Virus record (IMG/VR): IMGVR_UViG_3300026521_000527
Location: 72,865 to 136,864 of that record
Length of the DNA stretch: 64,000 nt
Direction: 5' to 3' (one strand)
DNA from: a virus
Shown here one piece after another: positions 9,708-19,672 of the stretch; within the stretch, counting starts at the first letter, position 1, and each line of letters opens with the position of its first letter. The notes beneath the pieces are model-generated. The model did not search any database. It saw only the letters and a list, made by a program, of their open reading frames with translations, and was not told the origin of the DNA. A program made the translations under genes and the position numbers.

Positions 9708-9724
9708 GTTTAACCTTTTAAAAT

Positions 9725-12346
9725 TTATACTTTATTAAATTCTGGATCTACACCTTTTGCTTGTAGAAATCTATCTAAATCTTTCACATAACTTTTTGCT
9801 CCAGTATAAGAATAATAATGCATATTTGCTCGCATGTTTTTTTCCCGAGATGATGAAACATTACCGTCGTCACTCGATTGTGACGCATGAATTATATCAA
9901 GTGCTCCTTTTGCGCCCTGTTGCCAAGCCATATACACATTTCTTAAATTCGCAGGTAATCCATGATTATTTAGATATTTAATAATGTACTTTTCGCGTTC
10001 AGCGCACATTCTATCCTGATTCTCCGGAGTCCATATTTCAGGACTATTTGGATCCAATCCAATTTTTTTAGCGTACTCGTTTGCAGTACCATCTAAAAAT
10101 TGATACGCTCCTCTAGCACCTGTTGTTGGATTTATCGCTTCGTATCCTTCAGGAACATTACCCGCAAGTCCAGTTGATTCAACTTTAGCAATTTCCGCAC
10201 AATAAACTCCAGCTGATATTTTATCTAGAGTTTTTGATGAACCATTACCTTCAATTCTAAAAGCTCCAGCAAATTGCTTATCCCAATATGCTACACGATT
10301 ACCTCCTTTACCAGTAGTGTATCTTTTTTCAATACTTGCTCCTTTACATGGATTTGATTTGGTACAAGAACTTGCTGGACGATATGGAGTAACTCTAGAA
10401 CTACTTGCCATAACTTCAGTTTGACTTTTAGCAATCCCAACATGATGCACTCGATTAATATCAGCAGTTGTAGATAAAAATATAATATCTCCAGCTTGAA
10501 CTTCATCATAATCTATTGGGGACGCATATCGTCTACACCAATCTGCTTGTGCCTGCGAACCTTTTGGAAAAGCATCTTTTGACATTCTCCCACCATATTT
10601 TTTTAAACCAGTTGCTAAACACACAGAGGTCATTACAAAACCACTACAATCATACCATCCAGATTCAGCACCACCCCAAAGATATCTAAATCCTTTTTTA
10701 ATTAAGGCTTCCGCTGTTTTAGCAATATCATTTGATGTTCCTTTTATATTCAATTGCCCATTATAAGGAGAACCAGCACCATATATAACACCATTTATAG
10801 AAACACTTCCAGTTGATGGATTAATAGTTTCTATTATATTATTCTTTAATTTGGATATCTGTTTAGAAATATCTAGAAGTATATTGGTATCTTGAGGTTC
10901 AACATTCTCAGTCATTAAGAACTCAATCTTAGCTTTACATTTAAATGTTTTTTGATTATCTTCATTATTAGTCTCGCTTTCAAAGAATGAAATAGTTTCG
11001 ACTACAGTTGGTGTGAAAACCCACTCAATTCTATAAGCAGGCCCTTTTCTAGCATTTTCAATAACAGTATTATCTTCACTAATAAATTTATCTTTAAAAA
11101 GGGCTTTTTTTATATCCAAATGTCCCCAGGCAATATTATCCACTTCATAAGTTTCATAATTAGGGTTCATTTCATAATACTTTCTAAAATAACTTAATTG
11201 TTTAATTAAATCATTCTCAGATAAAAAAGAATATATTCTTTTTACTTTTGGGTTAGGAATTTGCTTAACTTGTAGATGATCCCCACATGAAATATACTTT
11301 TCAGTGATTTTATTAATTGATGTTGAATCAATTATGGTTGGTACATTATCCGATGTCTGGACTAATTGAATTAAAGGATCTTTTGAATTAGATTCAAATT
11401 TTAATTTATCAAAATATGGTCTATCCTCTATTTTACTGATTTTAAAATATCTAGCTTCGTCCAAATATGTTTGATGTCTAGGTCTAATCAAAGGTGTAAG
11501 AAATTTATCTTCTTCCCATGACCGAGGAATATAAAAATCAGTTACAATTAGCTCTGTTGAGTTTTTTGAATTTAATGGCAAATCATCTTGAATCCAATTA
11601 AAAGGCGTAAGATATGGAGGGTAATTTTTAAAAAATTCTTCTAGAATTTTAAAATTATTATCTGATTTAAATACATAACCGCTTGTTGGAATAGAGGTTG
11701 ATATTGTTTTTAAATCGGTTGAACTATCATTCATGTAAATAAGATGAGTTGAGTTCGAACTCAACTCATCTGAATTTTCTATATAATCACCATAACCTTC
11801 GGTTCCCATTTTAGGAGATACTTTTGAACCATAATTAGTGTATGTTTCTAAAAATATTTGCTCTATGTGTCCGAGCAAAAATATACGTGGATTTGATTTA
11901 CCATATTTAAGACTGGTTTGACTAGTAAACCCAAAATTATTTTCAAGAAGCATTCTTCCAAGAGTCCAAGATATAAGTCTTAAGTTCACAGAGTATAAAT
12001 TATTTCCACCAATTCTTTTCGTTTCAATTTTTCCCATCTCCTCAATTTTAAAAACATTACTACTTGATGAAAGATTCGTGGTATCTGTATTGTCTTTTTC
12101 ATGAATATAACCAGATGTTATTGTAATTGATATTGAACACCCACCGGATGTAATTATATTTAACTGATCTATAGTTAATAATTTTAATTCTAGATATAGT
12201 TCAGTTTTATGAGATTCATAAGACTTTAAAACTCTAAGTTCATTGATGTTGTAATGAGTTAAATCAAACTCTTTTATTTGGCCATTTTCTTTTGAATCTA
12301 TAACTTCATGAATCTTAATTTTCAGATCATTAAAATAGGCTTGCAT
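9725..12346 (-). CDS. Virion-associated peptidoglycan hydrolase: structural N-terminus, NlpC/P60 domain and lysozyme-like domain
   Basis: YLWGG..DCSGFV..GDIIF..HHVGIA (NlpC/P60) and IAKVES..GARGAYQF..W..QD (lysozyme-like). Confidence 0.8.
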   Translation of the reverse strand: MQAYFNDLKIKIHEVIDSKENGQIKEFDLTHYNINELRVLKSYESHKTELYLELKLLTIDQLNIITSGGCSISITITSGYIHEKDNTDTTNLSSSSNVFKIEEMGKIETKRIGGNNLYSVNLRLISWTLGRMLLENNFGFTSQTSLKYGKSNPRIFLLGHIEQIFLETYTNYGSKVSPKMGTEGYGDYIENSDELSSNSTHLIYMNDSSTDLKTISTSIPTSGYVFKSDNNFKILEEFFKNYPPYLTPFNWIQDDLPLNSKNSTELIVTDFYIPRSWEEDKFLTPLIRPRHQTYLDEARYFKISKIEDRPYFDKLKFESNSKDPLIQLVQTSDNVPTIIDSTSINKITEKYISCGDHLQVKQIPNPKVKRIYSFLSENDLIKQLSYFRKYYEMNPNYETYEVDNIAWGHLDIKKALFKDKFISEDNTVIENARKGPAYRIEWVFTPTVVETISFFESETNNEDNQKTFKCKAKIEFLMTENVEPQDTNILLDISKQISKLKNNIIETINPSTGSVSINGVIYGAGSPYNGQLNIKGTSNDIAKTAEALIKKGFRYLWGGAESGWYDCSGFVMTSVCLATGLKKYGGRMSKDAFPKGSQAQADWCRRYASPIDYDEVQAGDIIFLSTTADINRVHHVGIAKSQTEVMASSSRVTPYRPASSCTKSNPCKGASIEKRYTTGKGGNRVAYWDKQFAGAFRIEGNGSSKTLDKISAGVYCAEIAKVESTGLAGNVPEGYEAINPTTGARGAYQFLDGTANEYAKKIGLDPNSPEIWTPENQDRMCAEREKYIIKYLNNHGLPANLRNVYMAWQQGAKGALDIIHASQSSDDGNVSSSREKNMRANMHYYSYTGAKSYVKDLDRFLQAKGVDPEFNKV

Positions 12347-12358
12347 ATTAATTCACCT

Positions 12359-13189
12359 TTAATCTAATTGTCTATCTATATGAATCCTAGGGCTGTATGT
12401 TATACCAAGTGATAGTGCTTTTCTGCTAGTTGCATCCATTGATTTTTTCCAAACGGTGCTATCTTTATCCAGAGGATCATTTGGTGTAAACGGCATTAAG
12501 ATTATATTTTTTTTTGGAACATTTAATTCCTCAGTCAGATATTTTATAAACATCTGAGTAGTATTAAATGAAATTGATTCATCAGTGTAATCATAAATAA
12601 ATTTATAGAATACATTATATTGACGAAGATATGAGTTTATATTATTAAAAACATTAAAGTACATAGCATTGACTTCAGCTTGAGTTAGTTGATCCTCATA
12701 ACAACTGGTTGCGTTTATTTTTGGAGATATTGTTAAGGTTGGAGTTACTCCTAAATCATGAATAATTTCATTAAATGATTTTATTAAAGCCAAACAATTC
12801 TTTTCATCACTTAAAAGGTTTCCATTTGACTCAATTCCAAGGAATTCAAAATGTTTAAAATTTACCGAGTCTGCAGTTCTAAATATATCTGGAAACCACT
12901 CCATAAAATGTAATGGTTCACCACCAGTGATCGTTAATCTCTCAGGAGATACTTTTTCAAGTTCTTTTGCCATATCGATCATCAATTTACGGTCATCAAA
13001 TGCTTTATATTGAGGAGCATCACCCCATGAGAATTTAGTATCACAGAAAGAACAAGCTGCCGAATAACAACCAGCTAACCTTAAATATAAACTAGGCTCT
13101 CCTATTGAATTTCCTTCACCTTCTAATGAAATAAACCACTGAGATATTTTTGGAGCAATTACTGACTGGTTAAAATTTAATTCTTTCAT
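12359..13189 (-). CDS. queE: 7-carboxy-7-deazaguanine synthase (QueE), radical SAM
   Basis: SLEGEG..G.P..YLRLAGC..C..CDT, TITGGEP, ESNG, ISPK and YSPRIH. Confidence 0.9.
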   Translation of the reverse strand: MKELNFNQSVIAPKISQWFISLEGEGNSIGEPSLYLRLAGCYSAACSFCDTKFSWGDAPQYKAFDDRKLMIDMAKELEKVSPERLTITGGEPLHFMEWFPDIFRTADSVNFKHFEFLGIESNGNLLSDEKNCLALIKSFNEIIHDLGVTPTLTISPKINATSCYEDQLTQAEVNAMYFNVFNNINSYLRQYNVFYKFIYDYTDESISFNTTQMFIKYLTEELNVPKKNIILMPFTPNDPLDKDSTVWKKSMDATSRKALSLGITYSPRIHIDRQLD

Positions 13190-13229
13190 ATTTTTCCTTT
13201 TATATTATTATTTAATTTATTTAAAAAAT

Positions 13230-13263
13230 GATTAATGAGTGAGTCTAGACTCACTCATTAATC
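13230..13263. repeat. Perfect 34-bp palindrome overlapping the stop of the PolB exonuclease gene
   Basis: gattaatgagtgagtct|agactcactcattaatc. Confidence 0.95.
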
Positions 13264-14298
13264 CAATAAAGGAAAGAATATTTCCCTATTGAATTTTTTG
13301 ACACGAGTTATTTTAGACTGTTTTGTATAAATTAAATTATTTCTATAACTATACATTCTGCTTCTTCCAGAGACTGCCGCACTCATTGGACTTGTATTAT
13401 ATTTAGTCAACATCCAAACCTGCTCCATAAATTCTAATTTTTCATCAATTTTAAATGTCAAAATAGTATCTAGAAGGTTGTATGTTAAAAATCGAACTAT
13501 GTTGTTTATGTACTCATAATTCATATCCTCCAAATCCAATTTTGTAATTCCAAGTTCTTGCATTGCTACAGTACCCAATTTATAATTTGGTAATGATGAA
13601 CCGAGACCGCTTCCACCTTGATCAACTGGTTTATATAATTTTAATAGATCAATTAATAGATAATCCGGCCAATCATAATTATTATCTGAGAATTTATGAA
13701 CCTCATTAAATTCAGAAATAAAACTATAAATGCTATCGCCTGCTAATCTATGTCCTCTGTTTACAACATAAGGGTCATCAAAAATACTACTATTAAACCC
13801 AATAAGAAAAAGAGGATTATTACTCCGAGTATCTAAGAAGAACTCTTTTAAGAGTTCTTCTTCACTCTGAAATGTTCTAATTTCTAACTCCATTCCAGGA
13901 ACTTCATAAACCGGATTTTCTTTAATTAATTCATTATATAATTCTTGAACCCCAGTTTTTAATACACTTGCTTCTGTTATATTTGAATTATATGGTGTAC
14001 AATAAATAATAGCTTTATTTAATAAGTTATTATACACTGCAATTGAATTAACAGGATAGTCAACTCTTACCGCATCAGGAAATACCTCAGGATCATAATG
14101 AACCTCAATATCATAATATGACTTATTAAGTGTTTTTTTGACTGGATCGCTCTCCTTAAACTTAGTCATGAAATCTTGAAATTCACTCTCATCTGGGCTC
14201 AATTCTAGATTATAAAACTGGTGAAATTTTAATTCACCAGTTTTAAGTGACTGCATCATCTTATAAAGATCGCCAGAATTTAATTTATATTTATCCAT
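13258..14298 (-). CDS. Family B DNA polymerase, N-terminal 3'-5' exonuclease fragment
   Basis: ExoI YDIE, ExoII GFNS..FD, YKL..VA..ELG..K and ExoIII YN..D; the ORF ends before polymerase motif A. Confidence 0.85.
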   Translation of the reverse strand: MDKYKLNSGDLYKMMQSLKTGELKFHQFYNLELSPDESEFQDFMTKFKESDPVKKTLNKSYYDIEVHYDPEVFPDAVRVDYPVNSIAVYNNLLNKAIIYCTPYNSNITEASVLKTGVQELYNELIKENPVYEVPGMELEIRTFQSEEELLKEFFLDTRSNNPLFLIGFNSSIFDDPYVVNRGHRLAGDSIYSFISEFNEVHKFSDNNYDWPDYLLIDLLKLYKPVDQGGSGLGSSLPNYKLGTVAMQELGITKLDLEDMNYEYINNIVRFLTYNLLDTILTFKIDEKLEFMEQVWMLTKYNTSPMSAAVSGRSRMYSYRNNLIYTKQSKITRVKKFNREIFFPLLD

Positions 14299-14312
14299 TT
14301 ATATAAACTCTT

Positions 14313-15122
14313 CTAGAATAATTTATTTTTTAATTGAGTTATTTTTGACTCAATTGAAGTTATTAAATCATTAATCTCGTCATCTTTCGTATTTTTAAAT
14401 TCGTCCAGAATATTTGGATGAACTTTAAGTATATTTTTTAAGGTTTTGGTGTAGCTGTATGATTTGGGACTCTTTTGAGTGCTTTGTAACTCATCATAAG
14501 AATATTTATCAACCAACTCAATATATAAGTCTGATGGTATTTCAATATCCCCGACAATAATATGAGTAGCCAGTCCTCGTTGACACATTTCATAAGCACC
14601 GAAATATAAATCATTACCCGATAATATATTATTGATCTCATCGGAAGTTAATTGTGGAACCAACTCGTCTATTATATCAAAAGTTAATTTATTATAATAT
14701 TCAGTATATGAAGTAATCACTTGTCCTCTTCCAGATACAGTTGATTTATAATTATGAAACATTAATGTACTTGATTCATATATTACTCTTTTTTCTCCAA
14801 TCATGAAGATATATGCTGCCGCGCTCATCGCCTCCGGATTAATTTTAGTAATTATTCTTGCACCAGTGTTTTGGAACTCATTTATCAATCTATATGCTTC
14901 ATCCATATAACCCCCAGGCGAAGCAAGATTTAACTCAATTATATCTTTAGATTGTATTTCTTTAATATTTTTAATTATATTAAATAAACTAACTCTTGAC
15001 CCCTCAAGCTCATGAATATAAAAGGAGTGAATTTTTACATCATGATTTTGAATTAAGCCAATGTTATTTTGATTATAGCTATGAAAACACTCTTTATCAG
15101 AATATGTATCTTTTCTCGCCAT
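14313..15122 (-). CDS. ClpP-family (S14) serine protease
   Basis: SPGGY, AMSAA (catalytic Ser) and LMFHN (catalytic His). Confidence 0.8.
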   Translation of the reverse strand: MARKDTYSDKECFHSYNQNNIGLIQNHDVKIHSFYIHELEGSRVSLFNIIKNIKEIQSKDIIELNLASPGGYMDEAYRLINEFQNTGARIITKINPEAMSAAAYIFMIGEKRVIYESSTLMFHNYKSTVSGRGQVITSYTEYYNKLTFDIIDELVPQLTSDEINNILSGNDLYFGAYEMCQRGLATHIIVGDIEIPSDLYIELVDKYSYDELQSTQKSPKSYSYTKTLKNILKVHPNILDEFKNTKDDEINDLITSIESKITQLKNKLF

Positions 15123-15126
15123 ATTT

Positions 15127-15597
15127 TTAATCCTTTATTAAATCTTGAATTGCTGACGCCAGATCTCTTATCTCCCATAAAGCATCTTTAGAAGTTCTAA
15201 GCTTAATAAAATTATCTAGTTTGTCGTGACTAATTGTCATAGTTAAAGTTGTTTTGTAACTCTCAGGTAAAGCGTATTTAATTTTATCATTGGATTTATT
15301 TTGAAGAATTAATTTTCTGACATTTTCGAGTGCCGAAATACTGGCTCGATCAATTTCAACATCTCCTGTCATAACTAGATATTTTTCAGCCCTGATAAAA
15401 TCATCTGGTTTCTTTTTTTTAAATTTATCTTCCATCTTCAATTCTTTTAAAGTATATCTGGTTGATTTTACACTGAAGACAGCTTCATGCCTAACTATCT
15501 CTTGCAGACATCCTCTAGAAATACCCTCAATAAAAAAAGTGTAAAATCCAAAATTAGATGAGTCATCACCTATAAAATGTTTTAATGTTATTTTCAT
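15127..15597 (-). CDS. thyX: ThyX-like protein, central/C-terminal part
   Basis: FIEGISRGCLQEIVRH, SVKSTRYTLKELK, LPESYKT and LRTSKDALWEIRDLA closely resemble Campylobacter-type ThyX. Likely start MKITL at 15597. Confidence 0.8.
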   Translation of the reverse strand: MKITLKHFIGDDSSNFGFYTFFIEGISRGCLQEIVRHEAVFSVKSTRYTLKELKMEDKFKKKKPDDFIRAEKYLVMTGDVEIDRASISALENVRKLILQNKSNDKIKYALPESYKTTLTMTISHDKLDNFIKLRTSKDALWEIRDLASAIQDLIKD

Positions 15598-15598
15598 T

Positions 15599-16189
15599 CT
15601 ATTCTCCCTCAAAATATTCTTTATATAATTCATCTATTTTCTTTTCGATTGGAAACACACCAACTTTACCAAATAATATTACAGTACCATCAACAACTTC
15701 TATTTTTTTATCATTTGAGTCAGTAATAACTCCACTTTCATAAAAATTATATTTATTTCCTTCTATGTCAATTATTTTTTTATTTATCAATAATTGAATA
15801 ATTTCAGAATAATCATATAAATCTACAATTAAATCCCCTAAAATTTTTTTATTTTGGTATAATGTTCTTGCATTTATGACACCAACTTTCGTCGATTGAT
15901 TATAAAAACTATACTGATCGGTTTTTAAGAACTCAATTATACTTTTTTGAGCTGCATTAATAGATGGGTTATTATATGAACTATCTATATTTAATTTAAA
16001 AATTATATTCAGATGAGCAAGTATAGAGAAATGTTTAAATTTTTTACCAACTCTTACAATGAGTTTTTTATCACTCTCTCCTATGGTATCACATACAGAA
16101 TCAGATTTTGAAAAACTATCCCAACATGTTCTTGTGGCATTAGCCGCAACAATCAAAGGTGTCTCTTTTAATAGTGTAAAATTTTTCAT
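15599..16189 (-). CDS. ThyX-like protein, N-terminal part plus an unrelated C-terminus
   Basis: TLLKETPL..A.NATRTCW.SF, DKKLI.RVG.KFKH.S.L.HLN and a later INARTL; lacks the RH..S...STRY motif. Confidence 0.7.
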   Translation of the reverse strand: MKNFTLLKETPLIVAANATRTCWDSFSKSDSVCDTIGESDKKLIVRVGKKFKHFSILAHLNIIFKLNIDSSYNNPSINAAQKSIIEFLKTDQYSFYNQSTKVGVINARTLYQNKKILGDLIVDLYDYSEIIQLLINKKIIDIEGNKYNFYESGVITDSNDKKIEVVDGTVILFGKVGVFPIEKKIDELYKEYFEGE

Positions 16190-16209
16190 CTATTTCCTTT
16201 TTATTTTTA

Positions 16210-17190
16210 TTATGAATTACGATGCGACATAAACTCAATATTATTTCGCCTAGTTTCATCAGAAAATATCTTTTGAAACTGATCAATTTTTTTATCAAGA
16301 TTAAATTCTATAATTGACTTTAAATCAAATTTAATATCGATTTCTTTAAAAACCTCGAAAACATTTTTAATTTCATCATCGGTCATATCTACTGGGAATG
16401 AAATTGTTTTTAATTTATGATTAATATCCTCCTTTTGAATTTGGTATTTAGTCTTACTTGGATGTTCGTCATAATACTGCAATAATCTTGATGGGTTTAT
16501 AATTAACTGAACTTGAAATAAACTCTCACCTGGCCGCAAAACATCCCTAAATAAATAATTATAGAGCATCGCACCAATTACTTGTGGAGGTACCTGTTTG
16601 TATTTATTATTAGACCATTTTTTCGGTATACCAAAGTCAGTAAAATGTTTCTGTTGAACTGATTTTATAATTCTATTTAAGTATTTTTTATAAATTCTTC
16701 CATATATCTCTTTATAAAGAGTATCTTCATCCTGAATTGATAAATCAAGGAGTACTTTTTTATAAATTTCAGTCAATAAATCAAAAACTATTCGAGTACT
16801 ATCAGACTTAAGAATTTGACCACCTGTTTTCTTAAGAGCTAAATTTTCAAATAATTTTCCTTCATCATACATCTTTGCCATTCCGTAATTTTTTTTAGTA
16901 TTATACATTGCCCGTGCGGCGATAATCTCACTCTTAAAAAACATATGATTATATTTTGGATTAACATTACCAAATTTTTCGACGGTTTCTGTAAAAATAT
17001 CCCGATATATTTTATTAATATCCTCGGCCATATCCAGACAAAATTTTACGGTCCTATTTAAATCATCCAATTTATTAAATGGTATTTTAGACTGGGAGTA
17101 AGATGAATCTGTATCCCCATATAAAGACCATTCACTGAAGTCAATTGTTTCAATAAACCCAGGTTGTATTAAGTTATTTAAAACATTCAA
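16210..17190 (-). CDS. Family B DNA polymerase, C-terminal fragment (motif C onward)
   Basis: YGDTDS near the N-terminus, then KKNYG and GGQILKSD; no motif A or B. Confidence 0.85.
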   Translation of the reverse strand: MNVLNNLIQPGFIETIDFSEWSLYGDTDSSYSQSKIPFNKLDDLNRTVKFCLDMAEDINKIYRDIFTETVEKFGNVNPKYNHMFFKSEIIAARAMYNTKKNYGMAKMYDEGKLFENLALKKTGGQILKSDSTRIVFDLLTEIYKKVLLDLSIQDEDTLYKEIYGRIYKKYLNRIIKSVQQKHFTDFGIPKKWSNNKYKQVPPQVIGAMLYNYLFRDVLRPGESLFQVQLIINPSRLLQYYDEHPSKTKYQIQKEDINHKLKTISFPVDMTDDEIKNVFEVFKEIDIKFDLKSIIEFNLDKKIDQFQKIFSDETRRNNIEFMSHRNS

Positions 17191-19648
17191 TAATTTCTCC
17201 TCGAATACTATTTTTTAGTATTAATTTAATACCATGAATTAAGTTATTTAATTCATCATTTATATATCCATCTTTAAATGAATCCATATTTTTGATATTT
17301 TTAATAGAATCAACTGGAATCGATCTATTTAATATTCTAATACAGTTTGAAGTATTTACATTATATCTATACTCTTCTAGAATATTTGGGCAGCCGATTG
17401 TTCGAGAGGTTTTAAAGAGATTATCAGATATAAATCTTTTGAATTCATTATCTGGTAGAGTTCTTTGGAACTCAATTAGCCAAAAATCTAAAATTGATTG
17501 ATATACTAAATTATTTAACTTTTCATATAGACTATTATTATCTGTAAATTTCGTAAATTCATTGACCTCCTGTTTTTGGATTAGGTTGAGTTCCGAAGAA
17601 CTCAACCTTAATAAATTTTTTGGAAGAGTTAGCCTATTGCTGTTGGATAATTTTAATAAGTTTTGAATGGTGTTTTCTGGATCGAAAACACCATTCACAT
17701 CATACGATAGTATGAAATCTCTTGCCACTAATATAGACGAATCATAGTCATCTATTATTTCCTTAAATTCATTCTGAATGGATAACGGCAATGTAAAAAA
17801 ATTAAAATTATAAAATATATTGCCTAAAATATTGGATAACTCACAACCATACTTATTTAAAAAATCATAGGATATCAGTTTATTAATAAACTCATCTCGA
17901 TTGGAATTAATAAATTCGTCAAGTAATTGTGGTTTAATTTTCATAGTTCTATAGTCACCAGCATTCAAAAATATAATATTTTTTGAATAGTTGTCCTCAA
18001 TTATTTTTTTAATTAAAGCAAATTCTTTCATAAAATCATCTTGTTTGTATTTTATAGAATTCATTAAATATTTATTATCTGAATACCTAATAACAACCAA
18101 GTCATTGGTATTTATTTTAATTTTATCGTTTTGAACATCATCTATTTTTATTTGACTGACCTGTTTTAAATCATCGTCTAAAATAACATTAAAACCAGAT
18201 TTTTTTAGGAATCTATAGACAAGATGAATCATTAAGTTATTCTTCGAGCTAAAAATAACAACAGCTTCTGAATTCTGATTAGCCAATTTTTTAATATTTT
18301 TTGATACACGATTGAGTTCTTTTTGACTCAAAAGCACAATAATTTTTTGATTTTTAAGATGATGCCATAACATCGTATCAATAAATCGCCCCAAGGTTTC
18401 TACATCATTTGAATATAATTTTATGAATCGATTTCCATTAAGTAAATGCCTGCAATAACTATATTCATCATTGAGCATTTTAGACAAGATTCTAATAAAA
18501 TGATTCTTATTGAATACATTCAATGTGTCTAAAATATTATCCGATAGTTTAGTAATATTTTGCAGGAATGTTCTATCAGATATTTTGGAAAATTTATTAG
18601 AAATGTTCTCATATAAGAAAACAAGTCTATCGAATGATTTTTCATAAGGACATTGAGTCATAAATAAATCAATATTTTCCTTCAAATAATTATCCAATTC
18701 ATCAATATATTCATCAATTCCTTTAGAATAACCATCGTCAGTAAACTCGATTTCTCTGAAATTGAATTTATTGAAAATGTAATTTTCATTTGCCCAGATA
18801 TTATCAAAAAGTTTTATATATTGTGCATCTATTTTATTTTCAATTCTAGAGTTCAAAAAAAACATATTCTCTGATTCTGGTTGGACAAAGACTTCAAATC
18901 TATTTTGCAAGATTGCCCGATGAGTAATCTCTCTAATATTATTATAACCACCACAGAATTGATTTATATTAATTTCGAATTCAATATCTTCCGAATTTAT
19001 AAAATTTAATAACCGATCATAGAATTCATACCCAGATATATCATAAATTTTGAAATTTTCTGGCAATTCAAAATATTCAAAATATGATTTAAATAATAAT
19101 AGATAATATAATTGATTATCTTCAAAATCGTCAAAAAAAGAATCTGAATTTTGAATTATATCCACATGCGTGCGCTGAAACATTTTTGATTCAATGTAAA
19201 GAAAACCAGGACTATGAAAATTATCAGTTATTGTATCACTATTTGATTGAATGAATAAATTAATTTTATTATTCGATATTGAAATTTCAGTGAATTTTTT
19301 TTCTTGCGAATCCATTGCGTAAAAATTAATATTACTTGAATACACCAAAGTATTCAAAAGATCAATTAAATCACTTTCTAATGATTGATCTAATACCTCA
19401 TCAATTAAATTTTGAAGATTAAAATAAAATACGGGTAATTTCAAAATTAACTGATTTTTAGTAATTTTAATTTCTAATTGATCATCTTTGAATATTTTGG
19501 ATGCAATTTTAAATATCCTCATGAATAAAAAATCATTATTTTGGATATATTTTCCAGGCTCAATTGATTTAGAAAAATACCCACAAAACATATTATTATT
19601 ATCAACTTGTGGTTGAAATTTATAAGGGAATGATCCAATTTTTTTCAT
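17174..19648 (-). CDS. Large hypothetical protein
   Basis: 824-aa ORF with no recognised motif. Confidence 0.75.
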   Translation of the reverse strand: MKKIGSFPYKFQPQVDNNNMFCGYFSKSIEPGKYIQNNDFLFMRIFKIASKIFKDDQLEIKITKNQLILKLPVFYFNLQNLIDEVLDQSLESDLIDLLNTLVYSSNINFYAMDSQEKKFTEISISNNKINLFIQSNSDTITDNFHSPGFLYIESKMFQRTHVDIIQNSDSFFDDFEDNQLYYLLLFKSYFEYFELPENFKIYDISGYEFYDRLLNFINSEDIEFEININQFCGGYNNIREITHRAILQNRFEVFVQPESENMFFLNSRIENKIDAQYIKLFDNIWANENYIFNKFNFREIEFTDDGYSKGIDEYIDELDNYLKENIDLFMTQCPYEKSFDRLVFLYENISNKFSKISDRTFLQNITKLSDNILDTLNVFNKNHFIRILSKMLNDEYSYCRHLLNGNRFIKLYSNDVETLGRFIDTMLWHHLKNQKIIVLLSQKELNRVSKNIKKLANQNSEAVVIFSSKNNLMIHLVYRFLKKSGFNVILDDDLKQVSQIKIDDVQNDKIKINTNDLVVIRYSDNKYLMNSIKYKQDDFMKEFALIKKIIEDNYSKNIIFLNAGDYRTMKIKPQLLDEFINSNRDEFINKLISYDFLNKYGCELSNILGNIFYNFNFFTLPLSIQNEFKEIIDDYDSSILVARDFILSYDVNGVFDPENTIQNLLKLSNSNRLTLPKNLLRLSSSELNLIQKQEVNEFTKFTDNNSLYEKLNNLVYQSILDFWLIEFQRTLPDNEFKRFISDNLFKTSRTIGCPNILEEYRYNVNTSNCIRILNRSIPVDSIKNIKNMDSFKDGYINDELNNLIHGIKLILKNSIRGEIIECFK

Positions 19649-19672
19649 TTAAATCCTTTTAATTATTAAACT

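Noticed and set aside
13258-17190. Split intein on the PolB fragments
   Set aside because: YGDTDS is uninterrupted, the exonuclease fragment has no Cys/Ser-initiated intein-like tail, and the C fragment has no HN/xN-(C/S/T) junction.
17174-19648. Missing PolB middle piece or a helicase
   Set aside because: No DxxSLYP, KxxxNSxYG, Walker A or DExH motif found; any helicase-like resemblance is too weak to call.
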